This document shows positions 1-13,640 of a DNA stretch of 64,000 bases, piece by piece (within the stretch, counting starts at the first letter, position 1; every line of letters begins with the position of its first letter). The DNA comes from Cycas panzhihuaensis (Eukaryota; Plantae; Cycadophyta). The notes under the pieces were generated by a model. The model worked only from the letters and a program-made list of their open reading frames with translations, did not search any database and was not told the DNA's origin. The DNA is taken from assembly GCA_023213395.1 (NCBI GenBank), contig CM041465.1, positions 61,635,741 through 61,699,740 on the forward strand. The letters run 5' to 3'. Position numbers and translations under genes: made by a program.

Positions 1-333
1 ATTAGCACATCATATTGGTCAATTTGTACTAGGTTGGTATATACTATAAATTTTTACAATTTTTAGTACCTAGTCACTAGTGGGTCCCACCCCCCCGACA
101 CTTCATATGCCCTATTTGAACAAGCTTTTTGCACTGTTGAAAGAACTTGATATCTTATTTATGTAACTTTCTTTGGGGTTAACAGGCTATAGACACCCCA
201 CAATCTCCCTATTCACCCCTCTCTCTTTCCCTTAACAACTCCCTTTTTCTTACATCCCATTCTTTCTTGATCTTTCCTACTTCATTCATTCCTCTTCATT
301 CTACTTATTCCCACCTCTTTATGCCCTTTCTCC

Positions 334-3300
334 ATGGCTCCTCAAAGCAATAGTAAAAAAATATCGATACTTGAGACTGAAGTCAATAAAATTCATGATA
401 GAATAGAGGATCTCAGCCACATACGCGAGGAGGTTAAAAATGAAGCAGCTACCATGCACGCAGAATTTAGCTCAAAATTACAAAACCTAACATCTCGTGA
501 TGATGTCCAAGATGTAATTAAGAGGTTGAATAACTTCTCTCCTCCACCCCCAGTTGGCCCCACATAATAACAAATCGTGCCTCTGCCTCCATGTCAGCAA
601 TAACCATTCCATCATAAGATCAACATACCCACATTTGATCCAGATCTTAACAGGGATAGTGCATGAAGTTGGATTAGCAAACTAGAGTCTTATTTTACAC
701 TCAACCTAATGTTAGTAAATGAGAAACTTACATTTGCTTCCATTCACTTAGATGGGAAGGCACATCATTGGTTTCAATGGTGGAAATGAGAGTACCCCTC
801 CAACCGCCTCTCATGCATTTCTACCTATTTTTTTGAGCAGTTTGAAGACATTTGGAGTCAATCTTTTTTGACATAGCTAACACGTTTGAAGCAAGTATCC
901 TCTGTCAAAGTTTATACTAACGAGTTCCAATCTTTACGTAATTAGGTCAATTAATAACTTGATAAACAGATAGAGATAGATACGTATGTGTACGGGCTTA
1001 AAAAACATATCTAAATGAGCTTGAAGACAGTCTCCCTATCCACTCTAAAGGATGCAATTAATATGGCTAAAGCAGTAGAAGCAAAATTTGCTGTAGAAAG
1101 ACCTCCTCCGTTTAGATGAGACTCCATGTAGTTTTCATGATCCTGACAAGTTGATACGACCTGGTCCCATAAATCATGATCATGCCCATGACTAGAGGAC
1201 ACCCCAGCTACATCTTTTGAGCAACACAGTGAGGAATCATCTTCAAAGTCCATACACATCACTCTTATAGAGGCATAATGTCGTCAAGAAGACGGTTTAT
1301 GTATGTAATATTCTGAAAAATGAATCACTGGTCACAATAGAATCTGCAAAGCTAGGAATATGGTCTTCACAATTGACCCAGACTTACCCTCAGATGATGA
1401 CCCTGAGACTGCACATGAATATAATGATGAATCCCAAGACCACCCTACTAATGAATTACCCCCAAACCCTGAGCCTAACGTTTCCTTATCAATAATTACC
1501 TCCATTGCATGTCCTAAACCACTTCGAGTCAAAGGAATACTTAGGAAAACCCCAATTACCATTTTGATTGACGATGGTGCATCGCTAAATTTCATCAACA
1601 TCTCCATTGCCTGCTAACTAAATCTTTACATAGAACCTAAAACTAGCTTCCCTTACTCCTTACTTGCTCATCACACACTCTATTATATAGGAATAATAAA
1701 AAACCTCATGGTCCACATTGGCTCATATACCCTTGTCTCTGATTTTTATACCCTGTCCATAGGTGGGTTAGATGCAATTCTTGGTATACAATGGCTCATG
1801 ACTCTAGGAACTTATAGCATTAATAACTCACCCATGACCCCCTTCATTATGTTCAAAGATCACATAGGCCGCTCTCATAAACTTTATGGGATGCAATCCC
1901 CCCCAAACAAAGTAATCTCACCCTCACGAATGTTCCACCAACTCAACGGTAACATAGGATACATCGTTCAACTTAACCATATCTAGGTCCCCTTGGGTAT
2001 CCACCTTGGTATCCAGTAAGTATTAGATCGATACCAATTTATATTTGCTCTGTTACCTGCTAGCCCCCCACCTAATTAAGGCTTTTACCATACTATTGAG
2101 TTACAAAGTTCGAACGACCCGATTAGCCTTTGACCACATAGAAATTCCTATTTCCAAAAAAATGAAATCAAAAAAATTGCATGAGAATTGTTGGACATGG
2201 GTATCATCCAACCTAGTAAAAGCCCGTATGCCACACCCATCATCTTAGTTCACAAGAAGGATGGCTCTTTCTAACTTTGTGTTAACTATCATGCACTCAA
2301 TAAAATCACCATAAAAAATAAGTTTCCCATGCTACGAATCGATGATATATTAGATGAAATCCATGGAGCTGCAATTTTCACTAAGCTTGATTTATGATTA
2401 GGATACTACCAAATCCCCATCTTGCTAGAGGATCAACATAAAATAACTTTCTGAACCCACCATGGCCACTTTGAGTTCCAGGTCATGCCCTTTGGCCTAT
2501 GTAATGATCTGGCCACCTTTCAGGACCTCATGAACAAGATCTTTTCCCCATATTTATAAATATTTGTCATCATCTTCTTTGATGATATTCTTATCTATAG
2601 CTCAAATATGATGGCCCACATCCCACATCTAGAAACAGTCCTTCAAATCCTAGTTGAGAATAAACTATATGCTAAGCTCTCCAAATGTGAATTTGGGAAA
2701 TCTAAATTATAATACCTTGGGCATATTATATCCTTTGCAGGGGTTCATGCGGATCCTAATAAAATCTATGTCATCACTAATTAGCCAACCCCAAAAGCCC
2801 TGACCCAATTGAGGGCTTTCCTAGGGCTTAGTGGATTCTATCGTCGGTTCATTTGAAATTATGCCACCCTAACCACTCCCTTAACCCACTTACTTTGGAA
2901 GGATTCCTTCCAGTAGTCCTCCTCAGCTAATGAGTCCTTCGTCCATTTAAAGGAGGTCATGATATCCACCCCATTCTTGGCCTCCCCTGACTTTTCTTGG
3001 CCTTTCCAATTAGAATGTGATGCCTCTGGGTTTGGATTAGGTGCAATCTTAATGCAAGACTTCCACCCCATTGCCTTTGAAAGTCAAAAACTCAAAGATC
3101 ATGAGTGTATACTTTCTACCTATAAAAAAGAAATGTGGGCTATCCTCCATGTTGTTGATAAGTGGCAATTGTATCTACTTGGTTCTAAATTCACTATCCT
3201 CACTGATCATCATAGCCTTCATTGTTTACTAGATCAACCGGTCCTCTTAGAAGAGTAGATGAAATGGGTCGTCCACCTCTAAGTTTTTTATTTTACAATC

Positions 3301-4843
3301 ACATATAAAAAGGGGAAAGATAACATTGTGGCAGATACTCTCTTGAGGCTAACTTCACCTACACTTGGCGATAACACCAAGGACCCTACCATTTATGCCA
3401 TTTCCTCCCCACAACTGACATGGCTACAGGATTTAGCCATGGCTAACCAAAACCAACATGATTTTGTGCACTGGGCCAATAAGGTCCACACTTATAAGGA
3501 TTGGTTCATCTATAATAATATTCTCTTATACCAAAATCACATATTTGTACATCCCCTCTCAACTTTTATCCCATGAATTTTATCAGAATATCATTCTTCC
3601 CCTCTTGGCAGCCACTATGGTTTTGATAAAACTTACTGTAAGATTCATTCTAACTTCTTTTGGCCAAAAATGAAATCCATCATCCTCACCTTTGTCTCAA
3701 AATGTGATACATACCAATGTAACAAAGCTGATATAAAACCATAACCGGGCCTCCTTCAACCATTACGCATCCCACAAGGTAAATGGTAAGATATTGCCAT
3801 GGACTTTATAATGGGCCTACCACCATCTACTAGCTCTAACTCCATTTTAGCAGTCATAGATTGATTGATAAAATATGCCCACTTCTTGCCTATCCATACA
3901 ACCTATAAAGCCCACACATCATTGACATCTACATCTAGATAATATTTTGTTTGCACAGTTTTCTATCCACCATTGTATGCGATCGTGACCCTAAATTCAC
4001 TAGCTCCTTTAGCAAGAGTTATTCCATGCATTGGGAACATCATTCAACATGAGTTCTACATAGCAACCACAGACTGATGGCCAGTCTGAGGTCCGTAACA
4101 AAACTCTGGAGACCTACTTACGTTGCTTTGCATCTGACCACCAGTCTAAATAGACAATATGGCTAGCTCTAGTTGAGTATTGGTACAACTGCTCACATCA
4201 TTCAACCATTGGAATGTCCCCATTTTTGACTCTCTATGGGTATCCCCCACCGTCCCACCACACCTTAGCTGCCAACCTTTGTACGACGACAATACAACAA
4301 AAATTATAGCATATGGACCAAATTCTCCACACCCTTAAACAAAACATATCCATGGCCCAAAATCGAATGAAACAATTAGCAGACCGTCACTGCTCTGATA
4401 GCTCCTTCAATATTGAGGATCTGGTATTTCTTCATCTCTAACCTTATAAGCAACAATCCCTTCACCATCATAAGAACCACAAACTTAGCCCTTGATATTA
4501 TGGCCCCTATAAAGTCCTTAAATGTATTGGTGAAATTACATATGCTCTCGACCTTCCTCCCATCACAAACATCCATAATGCTTTTCATGTCTCCTATCTT
4601 TGGAAGTGTCTAAGCAAAACCCATACTCCCCAGACAACCCTTCAAATTTTGGATGAAAACCAAACCTTATCTGTATCTCTAGAACGTATCTTGGCTACCA
4701 GACAACGACGTCTCCAGAATTGGTCTATTTCAGAATATTTGATACAGTGGATAGGCTGCACCTCCGAAGAAGTAACTTGGGAGTCCAATAAGTTTGTCAA
4801 AAAGCACCTACATCTCACATGCCTTAAGGACTCGTCATCTTAG
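334..4843 (+). pseudogene. G1 gag-pol polyprotein, with stops and frameshifts
   Basis: Protease ILIDDGASLNFI (~1560). [16 protein letters not shown] and IFFDDILIYS (~2460-2600). RNase H FQLECDASGFGLGAILMQ (~3000). Integrase HHCC region and IAMDFIMGLP (~3790). Chromodomain ERILATRQRR..EYLIQWIG..EEVTWES (4680-4790). Confidence 0.93.
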
Positions 4844-4852
4844 GGGAGGGGA
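4842..4852 (+). promoter_or_regulatory. Polypurine tract of G1
   Basis: AGGGGAGGGGA, 2 nt before the TG start of the 3' LTR. Confidence 0.85.
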
Positions 4853-4854
4853 CT

Positions 4855-5160
4855 TGTTACATAACTTATCCGACTAAGTTATGTAAACCACTATGGAGCT
4901 TTATGTATGCATTGTATAGCGGGCTAATAGTATGCATGGGCACTATCGTCCAATAAATTATAAGGCCGTTTAGGCCGCCAATAGGATTACACATATAAGA
5001 CCCTATTTTGTCTATGTAAGGGTCATAAATTATAAATGATGGTTATCTTGATAGAACATTTTTATAAAGATTGTGTTGTGGTACTTTCTATCTTTTGGTG
5101 ATCATTTAGTGCTCTGGTGTTCCTGTGAAACTCTCATTTAATTTGTTTACTCTATTAGAT
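4855..5160 (+). repeat. G1 3' LTR
   Basis: Starts TGTTACAT after the PPT. Similar to the LTR at 33603 (shared TTTTGGTGATC..TGCTCT). End uncertain. Confidence 0.7.
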
Positions 5161-5325
5161 AAGAAGATGCTACTATGATTGTCAAATTCTCTACTATCTC
5201 AAGAGTATTAGTGAGAAAAAACATCCCATCTTGGATCCCCCCTAAGAAAAAAATGGTAAGAAAATTACACCAATAAAGGTCTAAACATTTAAAGCCTTTT
5301 AATAATTGTTGTTACATATCTAATA

Positions 5326-5334
5326 ATATATATA

Positions 5335-5376
<42 letters not shown>

Positions 5377-5394
5377 GATATATATATATATATA
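5326..5394. repeat. (TA)n(TG)n(TA)n microsatellite
   Basis: Direct reading. Confidence 0.95.
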
Positions 5395-5817
5395 ATTTAT
5401 AAATAACACCCTTAGTTAAATACCCTAGGTTTTAACATTTACAAGTCTTACTTTAAAATTTTAATTAGTTTTCAAACTCAAACCTAAGCATCCATTCATA
5501 AATTTTTTTCCTTGCTAATTCTCAAGTTAAAATCTTCTTAATAACCCTTAACTTTAATATTAAGTATGAGTTTAAAATAAGGGATGAGATAAGTAAGAAT
5601 TATAATCATAGGATTTTTGTGGTAGAAGTAATCGATCCTTAATTCATTTTTCATTCATTAAGAATTGCTCAATATGTATGTACAAGTCTATATATAAATA
5701 CAAGTGGGATCTATAATGGTCTAAAACTAACCCATAATTGCCTTGATACATGTTACACACCTATTACAAAATTATAGAACTCTTAATATAATTTTCATAA
5801 ATTAAATGATGAACCTA

Positions 5818-6747
5818 TGGCTCAACAAAATATCTAATTACCTATTAGGACTCATAATATAAGTTCTAACTTGGTAGAGTAAACATTAATTCTAATATAA
5901 AGAGATAAATAGATGGTGATAAATCCAAAGAGGCACCTAAGAGTAGTCCATAAGGAGCTATTAAACTCAAGAATATGAAAGTCTAATTAGAGATTTTTGA
6001 CCTTGATCAAAGTAGGGATGTAAGGATATGGCATATATAGATGGAAATATATTTTAATATTTATCCATGCTTGATAAAAGAAATTTTCCTATTTGCTTCT
6101 CTTCACTTAAGCAATAAGGCCCTATATTAGTTCAAAAGATGGTGAGAGAACTATAAGCATACTATAAATTTAAACTACTCTTTTTTCTTAATAACTATAT
6201 GTGAGCAATATGAAGAGACTTGGAACAAAGATTACTTTACACCTCTAACTTAACTACAATAGATATGCTCAATATAATAATATATTAATGAATTTTAAGC
6301 CCTCTGAAATATGCTCCTAATTCTATCAAAAAATCAATTCTTACTAGAAGCATATGTAGGGGGGCTTAGGGAATACATTTATTACATACTCAATACTTAC
6401 CCAATAAAGACTTTGAGATAAGAAATAACTCTTGATAGGAATATAGAAGTTAAATTTCATGAAACAAAAAGATAAAACTATATGAGAATGGAGGACAAGT
6501 ATTTCTAAGACAATCCATTAATGGGAGAAGTAAGTAAAGGGGTTGATAAGGGATATCCATCTAGAATCATTAAGGTAACACCAATACTAAAGAAGTAAAT
6601 TGGGGTGCTAACAAGGTCACATAGCCTATATGTTCTAAATACATAAAAATAGGGACTTACTTTAAATGATAAGGAAAATAAAATAATGACCATCATCACA
6701 AAAAAAAAAAAGTTATGATGACTAATGAATAAGGAATGGATATAAAA
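5818..6747 (+). pseudogene. Ty3/gypsy G2, gag part (5' of the LINE insertion)
   Basis: Degenerate gag resembling G1 gag, e.g. DLDQSRDVRIW..MEIYFN at ~6000 and YVGGLREY at ~6355. Continues after the LINE at 12396. Confidence 0.7.
6731..6747 (+). repeat. LINE target-site duplication, left copy (right copy 12396-12412)
   Basis: AAGGAATGGATATAAAA vs AAGGAATGGGTATAGAA, 15/17 identical, both differences transitions. Confidence 0.8.
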
Positions 6748-6749
6748 TA

Positions 6750-8040
6750 CTAATGGAGAAAGGAACCATAACCCATAATCAAACTCAAAATATCTCTCTG
6801 GGAAGGACCTATTTAGTGGTCCTTAGAAATAAAGAACCTAAAAGCTATGACATAGCTCCTATCAAGTAAGATTAGACTATTACAATACCTATACTAAATA
6901 ATATACTGGAGAAAATGGAAAAGTACTAGGAAAATACCCTTGTGGGCAGGTTCTAAGGACCAAGACCTAGGCTTGATATGATAAGGAGCTAGATTAGATC
7001 TGGTAGAAGATTAGGAATCTAGTAAAGGTGATGGCCCTACTAAGGGAATATGCTTAATTTAAATTTGCTAACCAAAAGGATAGGATTAGTACTCTACTAA
7101 AATCCCCTTAGGTGATTGATAGAAAGACCCTGTTTCTAGAAAAATGGCACCCAGACTTTGATTTAATAGTGCTAGTGATAAAATAGGCACCAATCTAAGT
7201 GCAAATGCTGGGCTTGCCCCTATAAGTATGGGACTTAAATATTATAAAATGGGTAGCAAAGGTTATTAGACCTCTTTCAGCCATTGATTCAGCCACTAAG
7301 AATAGGATCAGGTTTATCAATGCTAGATTTTGTATACTAGCTAGGTTTGAAAAACCCCTTCTAGATTATGTGAGGATTAAATATGATGAATAGAGTAAGG
7401 AGTAACCCTTGATCTATGAAGTAGGAAATATTAGATACTATACCTATATAAGATTAGACCACCTTCTATAGAACTACTAAGGGGGAAGGAAGGATGATAC
7501 AAGGAGATAAGAGGGAGAAGATCCTCAAGCTATTAAAATGAAATAATTATAAATGACCTAAAACTAAGAGAGGTGAGATGGATCCTAAGAGGAGCCTAAG
7601 ATAGGAAGGATTGACCTAATCTTGGAAGATGATGACACACTCTTTGAGGAGGGGGAGGAACTCTAGAAGGAAGAGAGGTAGATGGGAGGGAATGATACAT
7701 CCTAAGAGGCTAAGAAAAGGTCAAAGGAGGAGCCAAGAGCCCTAGGAGAGGAGGTTACAATAGAGCCCTAAGTTGATCTAAAAGGTTAAAGGGAAGGACC
7801 TCTAGGAGGACCAAAGGGAGACCAATCAACATAGAGGCTCAGATGTGGGATCTAATAAAAGAGTGAGAAATACCACTCTTAGGATGACAAGGGAAAGGGA
7901 GGTAGCATCATAAATAGATCAATGAAGCTAGAGAACTCTTAAAGAGGGAGTTTATGAGAGACCAATATTAAGAATTAGAGATGAGGGTAAAAAGCCCCAA
8001 AAAGAAGAAAGAGGGAAAAGTTGGAGGACCAGGAGGAAGA
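6750..8040 (+). pseudogene. LINE ORF1 (DUF4283-like plus zinc-knuckle relic)
   Basis: LEKWHPDFD (~7137), PI*VQMLGLPL*VW (~7190), decayed CCHC knuckle at ~7435-7480, purine-rich linker. Confidence 0.75.
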
Positions 8041-8041
8041 G

Positions 8042-11000
8042 ATGAAGATTATCTCCTAGAGCATTAGAGGGATAAATGCTTTCTCTAAGCATAGAGTAGT
8101 GGAGGATCTATGCATGAAAATGAAGCCAAATATATTATTCCTATAGGAAACCAAATTAATTAAGGAAAATAGTATAAGAGTAAAAGATAAGATATGGAGG
8201 AGGGAAAATATGTTAATGATGGATGGCCATCTTAGGTCAGGGGGACTAGCAGTTATGTGGAATCCTAGGGAGTGTCATGGAGAGTTACTTAGGATGGAAG
8301 ACCAGCACATATCTATTTGGATCATTAATAGGAGGATGAATGCAAGGTGGCTAGCCATAAATGTTTATGCCCCTACCCAAGTAGAAGGAAATAGGATTCT
8401 TTGGGATAAGATCTTAAAGGATCATAGGGATTAGGAAGGGCCTTGGTTGGTCATAAGATATTTTAACACTATCCTATCTCCTAGTAAGAAGAAAGGGGGC
8501 CAAAGGAGGCTAGGAAGGATGGATGAAGAACATAACTGATTTAGGTAACTTTATGCAAAGAGGAGGGTTAATGGATATCCCCCTCAAAGGAGCCAAATAC
8601 ACTTAGATAAATAAGAGGATTGGGAACCATCATACCCAAGTGAGATTTGATAGAATGTTAATCAATTATGCTTGGACTAGCTATCATAATGATTTCAGGT
8701 TGGACACCCTCTTAAAGATGATGCTAGATTATTCTCCTTTTCTATTTGAGTTTTTTAATAATAAAAAGCATGTGGGGTCACTATTTAGGTTTGAATTGAT
8801 GTGGAAAAGACACCTAAATCTTAGGGAGTTGATTGAGGAATGGTGGAAAGTCCTGATAATGTGATGCACCATGTGTAGGTTTTCAAAGAAATTAGACTGG
8901 ATCAAAAGAAGGATGAAAGAGTGGAATAAAAAGGTCTATGGAAACATTTTTAAAGTTAAGAACCAATTTGACAGGGAGATGAAAGTAGTTGAGGCTATGA
9001 TTTAGGAGGAGGGTAGGTCCTAGGCGCTAAACTAGATAGAGAGAGAGGCCTTATCAAAGACTTGGAGGAGGTTCTGATAAAGGACAAAATACACTAGAAG
9101 AAAAAATCAGAGTCCTATAGTTGGTGGAAGGTGACAAAAACACAATTTTTTTTCATATAATGACTATGAAACATAGATCTAGTAACATGATAATCAAGTT
9201 ATATAATAGAGAAGGGCAGGAAGTTAGTGAAGGAGATGACATGAAAAACATAGTAATAGATTACTTTAAGGAGTTTCTTATTGAGCTAGGATGCTAAGAC
9301 AAGGAGGCTAGAAAGGAGTTTTTAAATGTCATACCTAGCTTGGTAAATAAGGAGCTGAACATAATGCTTATAGCCCCATTCACTATAGAGGAAGTTAAAA
9401 AAGTGGTATTTAGTATGAAGAAGGAGAAAGTGTCTAGCACAGATGGATTAGAATCCTAGAATATTAGGATATAATCAAGGAGGATCTAATGAAGGTAATG
9501 GTTGAGTTTCATGAGAAGAAGAAGATGCTAAAGGAATGGCATGTCACTTTCCTTATGTTGATCACAAAGAAGGAGGGAGTAATAAGAATGGAGGACTTTC
9601 AACTAATTAGGTTGTGCAATATGAAATTTAAAATTGTAACCAAAGTTTTGGATAATAGGCTTAAGATGATCCTCCTTAGGATTATTTCCCCTAACCAAGA
9701 TGGTTTTGTCAAGGGTAGGTAAATCTCTGATGGCATAGTTATCATCCATAAAACAATCCATTTAGCCCATCAAAGAAAAGAGCCAAGTATGATAGTCAAA
9801 ATTGACCTATCTAAGGCATATGATAGGGTCTCTTGAGGCTGCTTACTGGAATGCTTAAAGGCTTTTGGCTTTATAGGAAAATAGTGAGAATGGATGGATT
9901 TATATATTTCAAATCCTTAATACTTGGTTCTAGTAAATGGTATATCAACAAGTTTTTTCTTAGGATCCATAGGGCTAAGACAAAGAGATCCTATCTCCCC
10001 ATACCATTTTATAATTTTGGCTGAGGTTCTAGGAAGGGCAATAGAGATGGCCAGGAGACTGGAGCTGGTCATAGGGATCAGACCTACTTTAGGCATTGAA
10101 AATATTATTCATCATCAATTTATTGATGATAATATATTCCTAGGTAAGGCTACTCTAAGGGAATCCCAGATGCTGAAAGAAGGCCTTGACAAATTCAAGA
10201 GAGTCACTAATCAATTGGTAAATCTAAATAAAAGTAATATCTTTTTTGTGCACACTAAGGAGAAAGCCCAAAAGAAGATTAGTAGGATTCTTGATATGTA
10301 TATCCACAAAATATTGACAACCTATTTGGGTATGCCCCTTTTTGTTTGAAAGATGTTAAAGGAGTTATGGAATCTTGTAATTAATAAGATGTATAGGAAG
10401 TTAACTGGATGGAAGGGCTTTCTACTTAGCTAGGTTGGCAAGGTTCAGTTGGTTGCTACTTCTCTTCAAAGCATTCTAGTCTATATGATGTCTATGTTTA
10501 AGATCCTAGCCAAAATTATGACCACTCTAGAATCTATTTAGAAGTACTTCCTTTGCTCTAGGTCCAAGGAAGAGGATAGAATCCATCTAGCAGATTAGGA
10601 TAAAGGGTGCCACCCTAAATGGGTAGGTGGTTTGAATCTTCAAGTATTATCATCCTTCAATAATACCTTGGTGTCTAAGCTAGGATGGTGATTAGCTAAG
10701 AAAAAAGGAGATTTATAGGATTGAATTATGACCCATAAGTATCTTCATAGGTGACACTTCTTAAATGATAACTCTTTACATCCCTATGGATTGTCAATTT
10801 AGAGAAGTGTGTATCATTCTAGGTGGATGTTAGGTATAGGGGTGTAGTGGAAGCTAGGAGATGGTAATAATATAAAATTTTAGGGGGATGTGTGGTGTGG
10901 TGACCTAAAGCTCAAGTGGTAGCCTGATGTAGGTCCTCTACAAGTTCTTTGTGAGGTGATTTATAGTATAAAGGTGAAGGATTATTAGGTGGTCTAGGAT

Positions 11001-12220
11001 CAGATCACTAGGTGGAAAGACTTTCATGAGATCTAAGGTGACTAGGGGGTCCAAGATCAAATTGAGGCTTTAAAAAGGTTAATTAGCTAATGCTATATCC
11101 TGAGAAGAGCATAGGAGGACTTAATGATCTGGCCTCCATTCCCTTTAGGAGATTATTTAGTAAAACAAGGTTACATGTTTTTATACCAAGAAAGAGGAGA
11201 CTTGTACCAACTCCTAGATAGGGTGTGGAAGATGGGCCTAACCCCTAAGATAGTAGTATTTTGAATCATGTCTTAGGAATAAGATCCTAATAGTGGATAA
11301 CTTGAGGAAGTGGGGATTTGTTATGCAAATTGGCATGTGCTATGTCGAGAGGATGAGGAGTTAGTGAATCATATTCTCCTTCATTGTTCTTATTCCAGAA
11401 GGGTGTGGAAGATGATATGGGCTCAATTTAATATTTAGTGGGTGGCCTTTGGTACCCTTGAGGATCAACTATTGGCCTGGACTAACCCCTTTAGGAGTAG
11501 AACCTTGGCTCACTTATGGTAAATATCTTTGCCAGTTATAATGTGGAATCTATGGAAGGAGAGGAATATGAGGATATTTTAAGATAAACATATGGATGAA
11601 TATAGGACTTTTGGGATGATCAAGGCCAGCATAAGGGAAGTCGTAAAGCCTAAATAGGAGAAATTCATCTTGGATTATGAAAGGACTACAGTAGAAAGTT
11701 GGGGGATAATGCCCAGGATAGTTAGGGATCTAAAGAAGAATTGCTATTAGATCCCTCCTATGAAAACATGGGTGAAAATAAATTTTGATGGCATGTCTAA
11801 GGGCAACCCTAAGGAGGTTAGAGGTGGGGGTATTTATAAAAACTCTAGAGGGGAGGTCAAGTGGGCCTTTATAGATTACTATAGGTAGTAGACTAACCAT
11901 AAAGTTAAAATGGTAGCCATGTAGAAAGCAATGGACATGGCTATTGAGCAAGGCTATGAGAAGCTTATCATAGAAGGGGATTCCTTAAATGATATTAATC
12001 TATGCAAAGGGATTGGAAAGCAGTCATTTTAGTCAAAGATATACAAGATACTCTAAAGAGATGGGGGAATGTCTAAGTGAAACATACTTATAGGTAGGTG
12101 AATGGAGAGGCTAGTAAGTTGGCTAATTAAGGGATTAGTCATAAGAGATCTTGGTTTTAGAGGGAGGTAATTTCTAAAGAGATTATGAGTCTGGTTATTG
12201 AGGATATGTCTAGGATGCAA
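8042..12220 (+). pseudogene. LINE ORF2: APE endonuclease, RT, zf-RVT, RNase H
   Basis: MKIIS*SIRGIN start, INVYAP, RFDRML, EGDKNT, KIDLSKAYDRVS, GLRQRDPISPY, HHQFIDD, YLGMP, C..CREDEELVNHILLHC, WVKINFDGMSKGNP..IIEGDS (11760-12130). Confidence 0.92.
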
Positions 12221-12395
12221 TAGAAGAGCTAGCCACTAGGCTTGTCACGGCAGGGCATGTAGTTAGATCTAATAGGCCAGTTTAACTAGGCCATGGGCTT
12301 ATCATAGCCATCCTATGAGTCAAAAGGTAGCTATTATTAAAGGTTTGGAGCCCTTGTAAAACCTCTTCTATTTGTACCTAATGAAAAAAGAAAAA

Positions 12396-13640
12396 AAGGA
12401 ATGGGTATAGAAGATCCCTTAGAATAATCATAGGAAGAAGAAAAAATAATGAAAAGGAGATAGTTAAGTAATTTATGGATGATATGGAGCTTAATATAAC
12501 AAGGGTTCAAATCTCACTTCAATTCATTAGTAGAATTGTTATATCTCCGAAAACACTCAAGTTAGCAGGGCACATCAAGAATAACAAAGATTTTATCTTG
12601 GTAGATAGATGTAACATTCATAACCTCATAAATAAAAAAACAACAAAACAAAATAAGCCCCACATAACACCATTCAAATAATTTATGTGGCAATTGTAGC
12701 AAGAAATACCATGCTATATAGAAGCATTTGTACTAAAGTGAAGGTTAATATTGATGACTGTGTACTTAAAATTTCTATATTAGTAATGATTGTTGGAGGA
12801 GTTATATAATCTTAGGAGCACAATGACTAAAGATTAGGGATCTTCCTTATGAATTATTATAGAATATTTATAATCTTTTGATAAAAAGGAAAAATATACA
12901 AATTGTAAATACTTAATACACCTCCAAATCAAACAATATGTTTATATTGTATGGAAAACATTCTTAAGAAACACATGTACGAGTTGGTTGTCATTTGTTA
13001 TGCCATGATAATTCTAAAGAAAAGAGTAGTTCATCCTAAGATATAGGTTGTATTAGATTAGTTTCCTAAGGTTTTTAAAGATCTCCCATGAGAATTACCA
13101 TTAGACATAGGCAAGGAGCATTCTATTAAATTAAAACCAAGAACATCCCTTATTAATATTAAGCATTACAATCACTCTTATAATTATAATACAAAGATTA
13201 AGGAACTTACCTAAGAGTTGACAGACCAAGGTTTATTATTCCAATAAAGTCTATATTTATGTAAACTACTAGTGCTTAAATAAGGTCATCATCAAGAATA
13301 AATTTTCTATTCCTTGAATAAATGACTTATTAGATGAGCTATAAATCAAACTTTATTTAGGGTGTTATCAAGTTATAATAAGGGGGAAAAAAAACCCTTA
13401 AGAATAGCCCTCAAGACTCATGAAGGATACTATGAGTTCTAGGTAAGGCTTTTTGGACTAACAAATACCCCAGCTACCTTTTAGGCAATAATAACTTAGG
13501 TAATCAAATCTTAGTTATGAAAGTTTATTTTAATTTTCTTCAATGATATTTTATAATATAATATAACTTAGTAAGACCACCTTAAGAATATAAGAATAAT
13601 CCTCCAACTCCTATAAGACAGTATGTTCTTTTCCAAAAAG
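12396..13640 (+). pseudogene. Ty3/gypsy G2, protease-RT part (3' truncated)
   Basis: ISLQFISRI..KTLKLAGHIK..ILVDRCNIHNLI protease. KTHEGYYEF*VRLFGLTNTPATF and FFNDIL RT motifs. Ends before RNase H. Confidence 0.85.

Larger units (their letters stand above)
1..5160 (+). mobile_element. Ty3/gypsy chromovirus LTR retrotransposon G1 (5' LTR outside or at window edge)
   Basis: Order gag-PR-RT-RH-INT-chromodomain, then PPT AGGGGAGGGGA and an LTR starting TGTTAC at 4855. Right end approximate. Confidence 0.93.
6748..12397 (+). mobile_element. L1-clade LINE with RNase H, apparently full length, inserted in G2
   Basis: ORF1 and ORF2 relics, A-rich tail AAAAAAGAAAAAAA (12384-12397), flanking TSD. Confidence 0.92.

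Noticed and set aside
14-50. Primer-binding site for G1
   Set aside because: TGGTCAATTTG and TGGTATATAC do not convincingly match a tRNA 3' end, and the 5' LTR is not available to fix the boundary
1011-4613. Short antisense or off-frame ORFs over G1 (similar ones at 36344, 44680, 47594, 54774)
   Set aside because: Shadows of gag-pol frames
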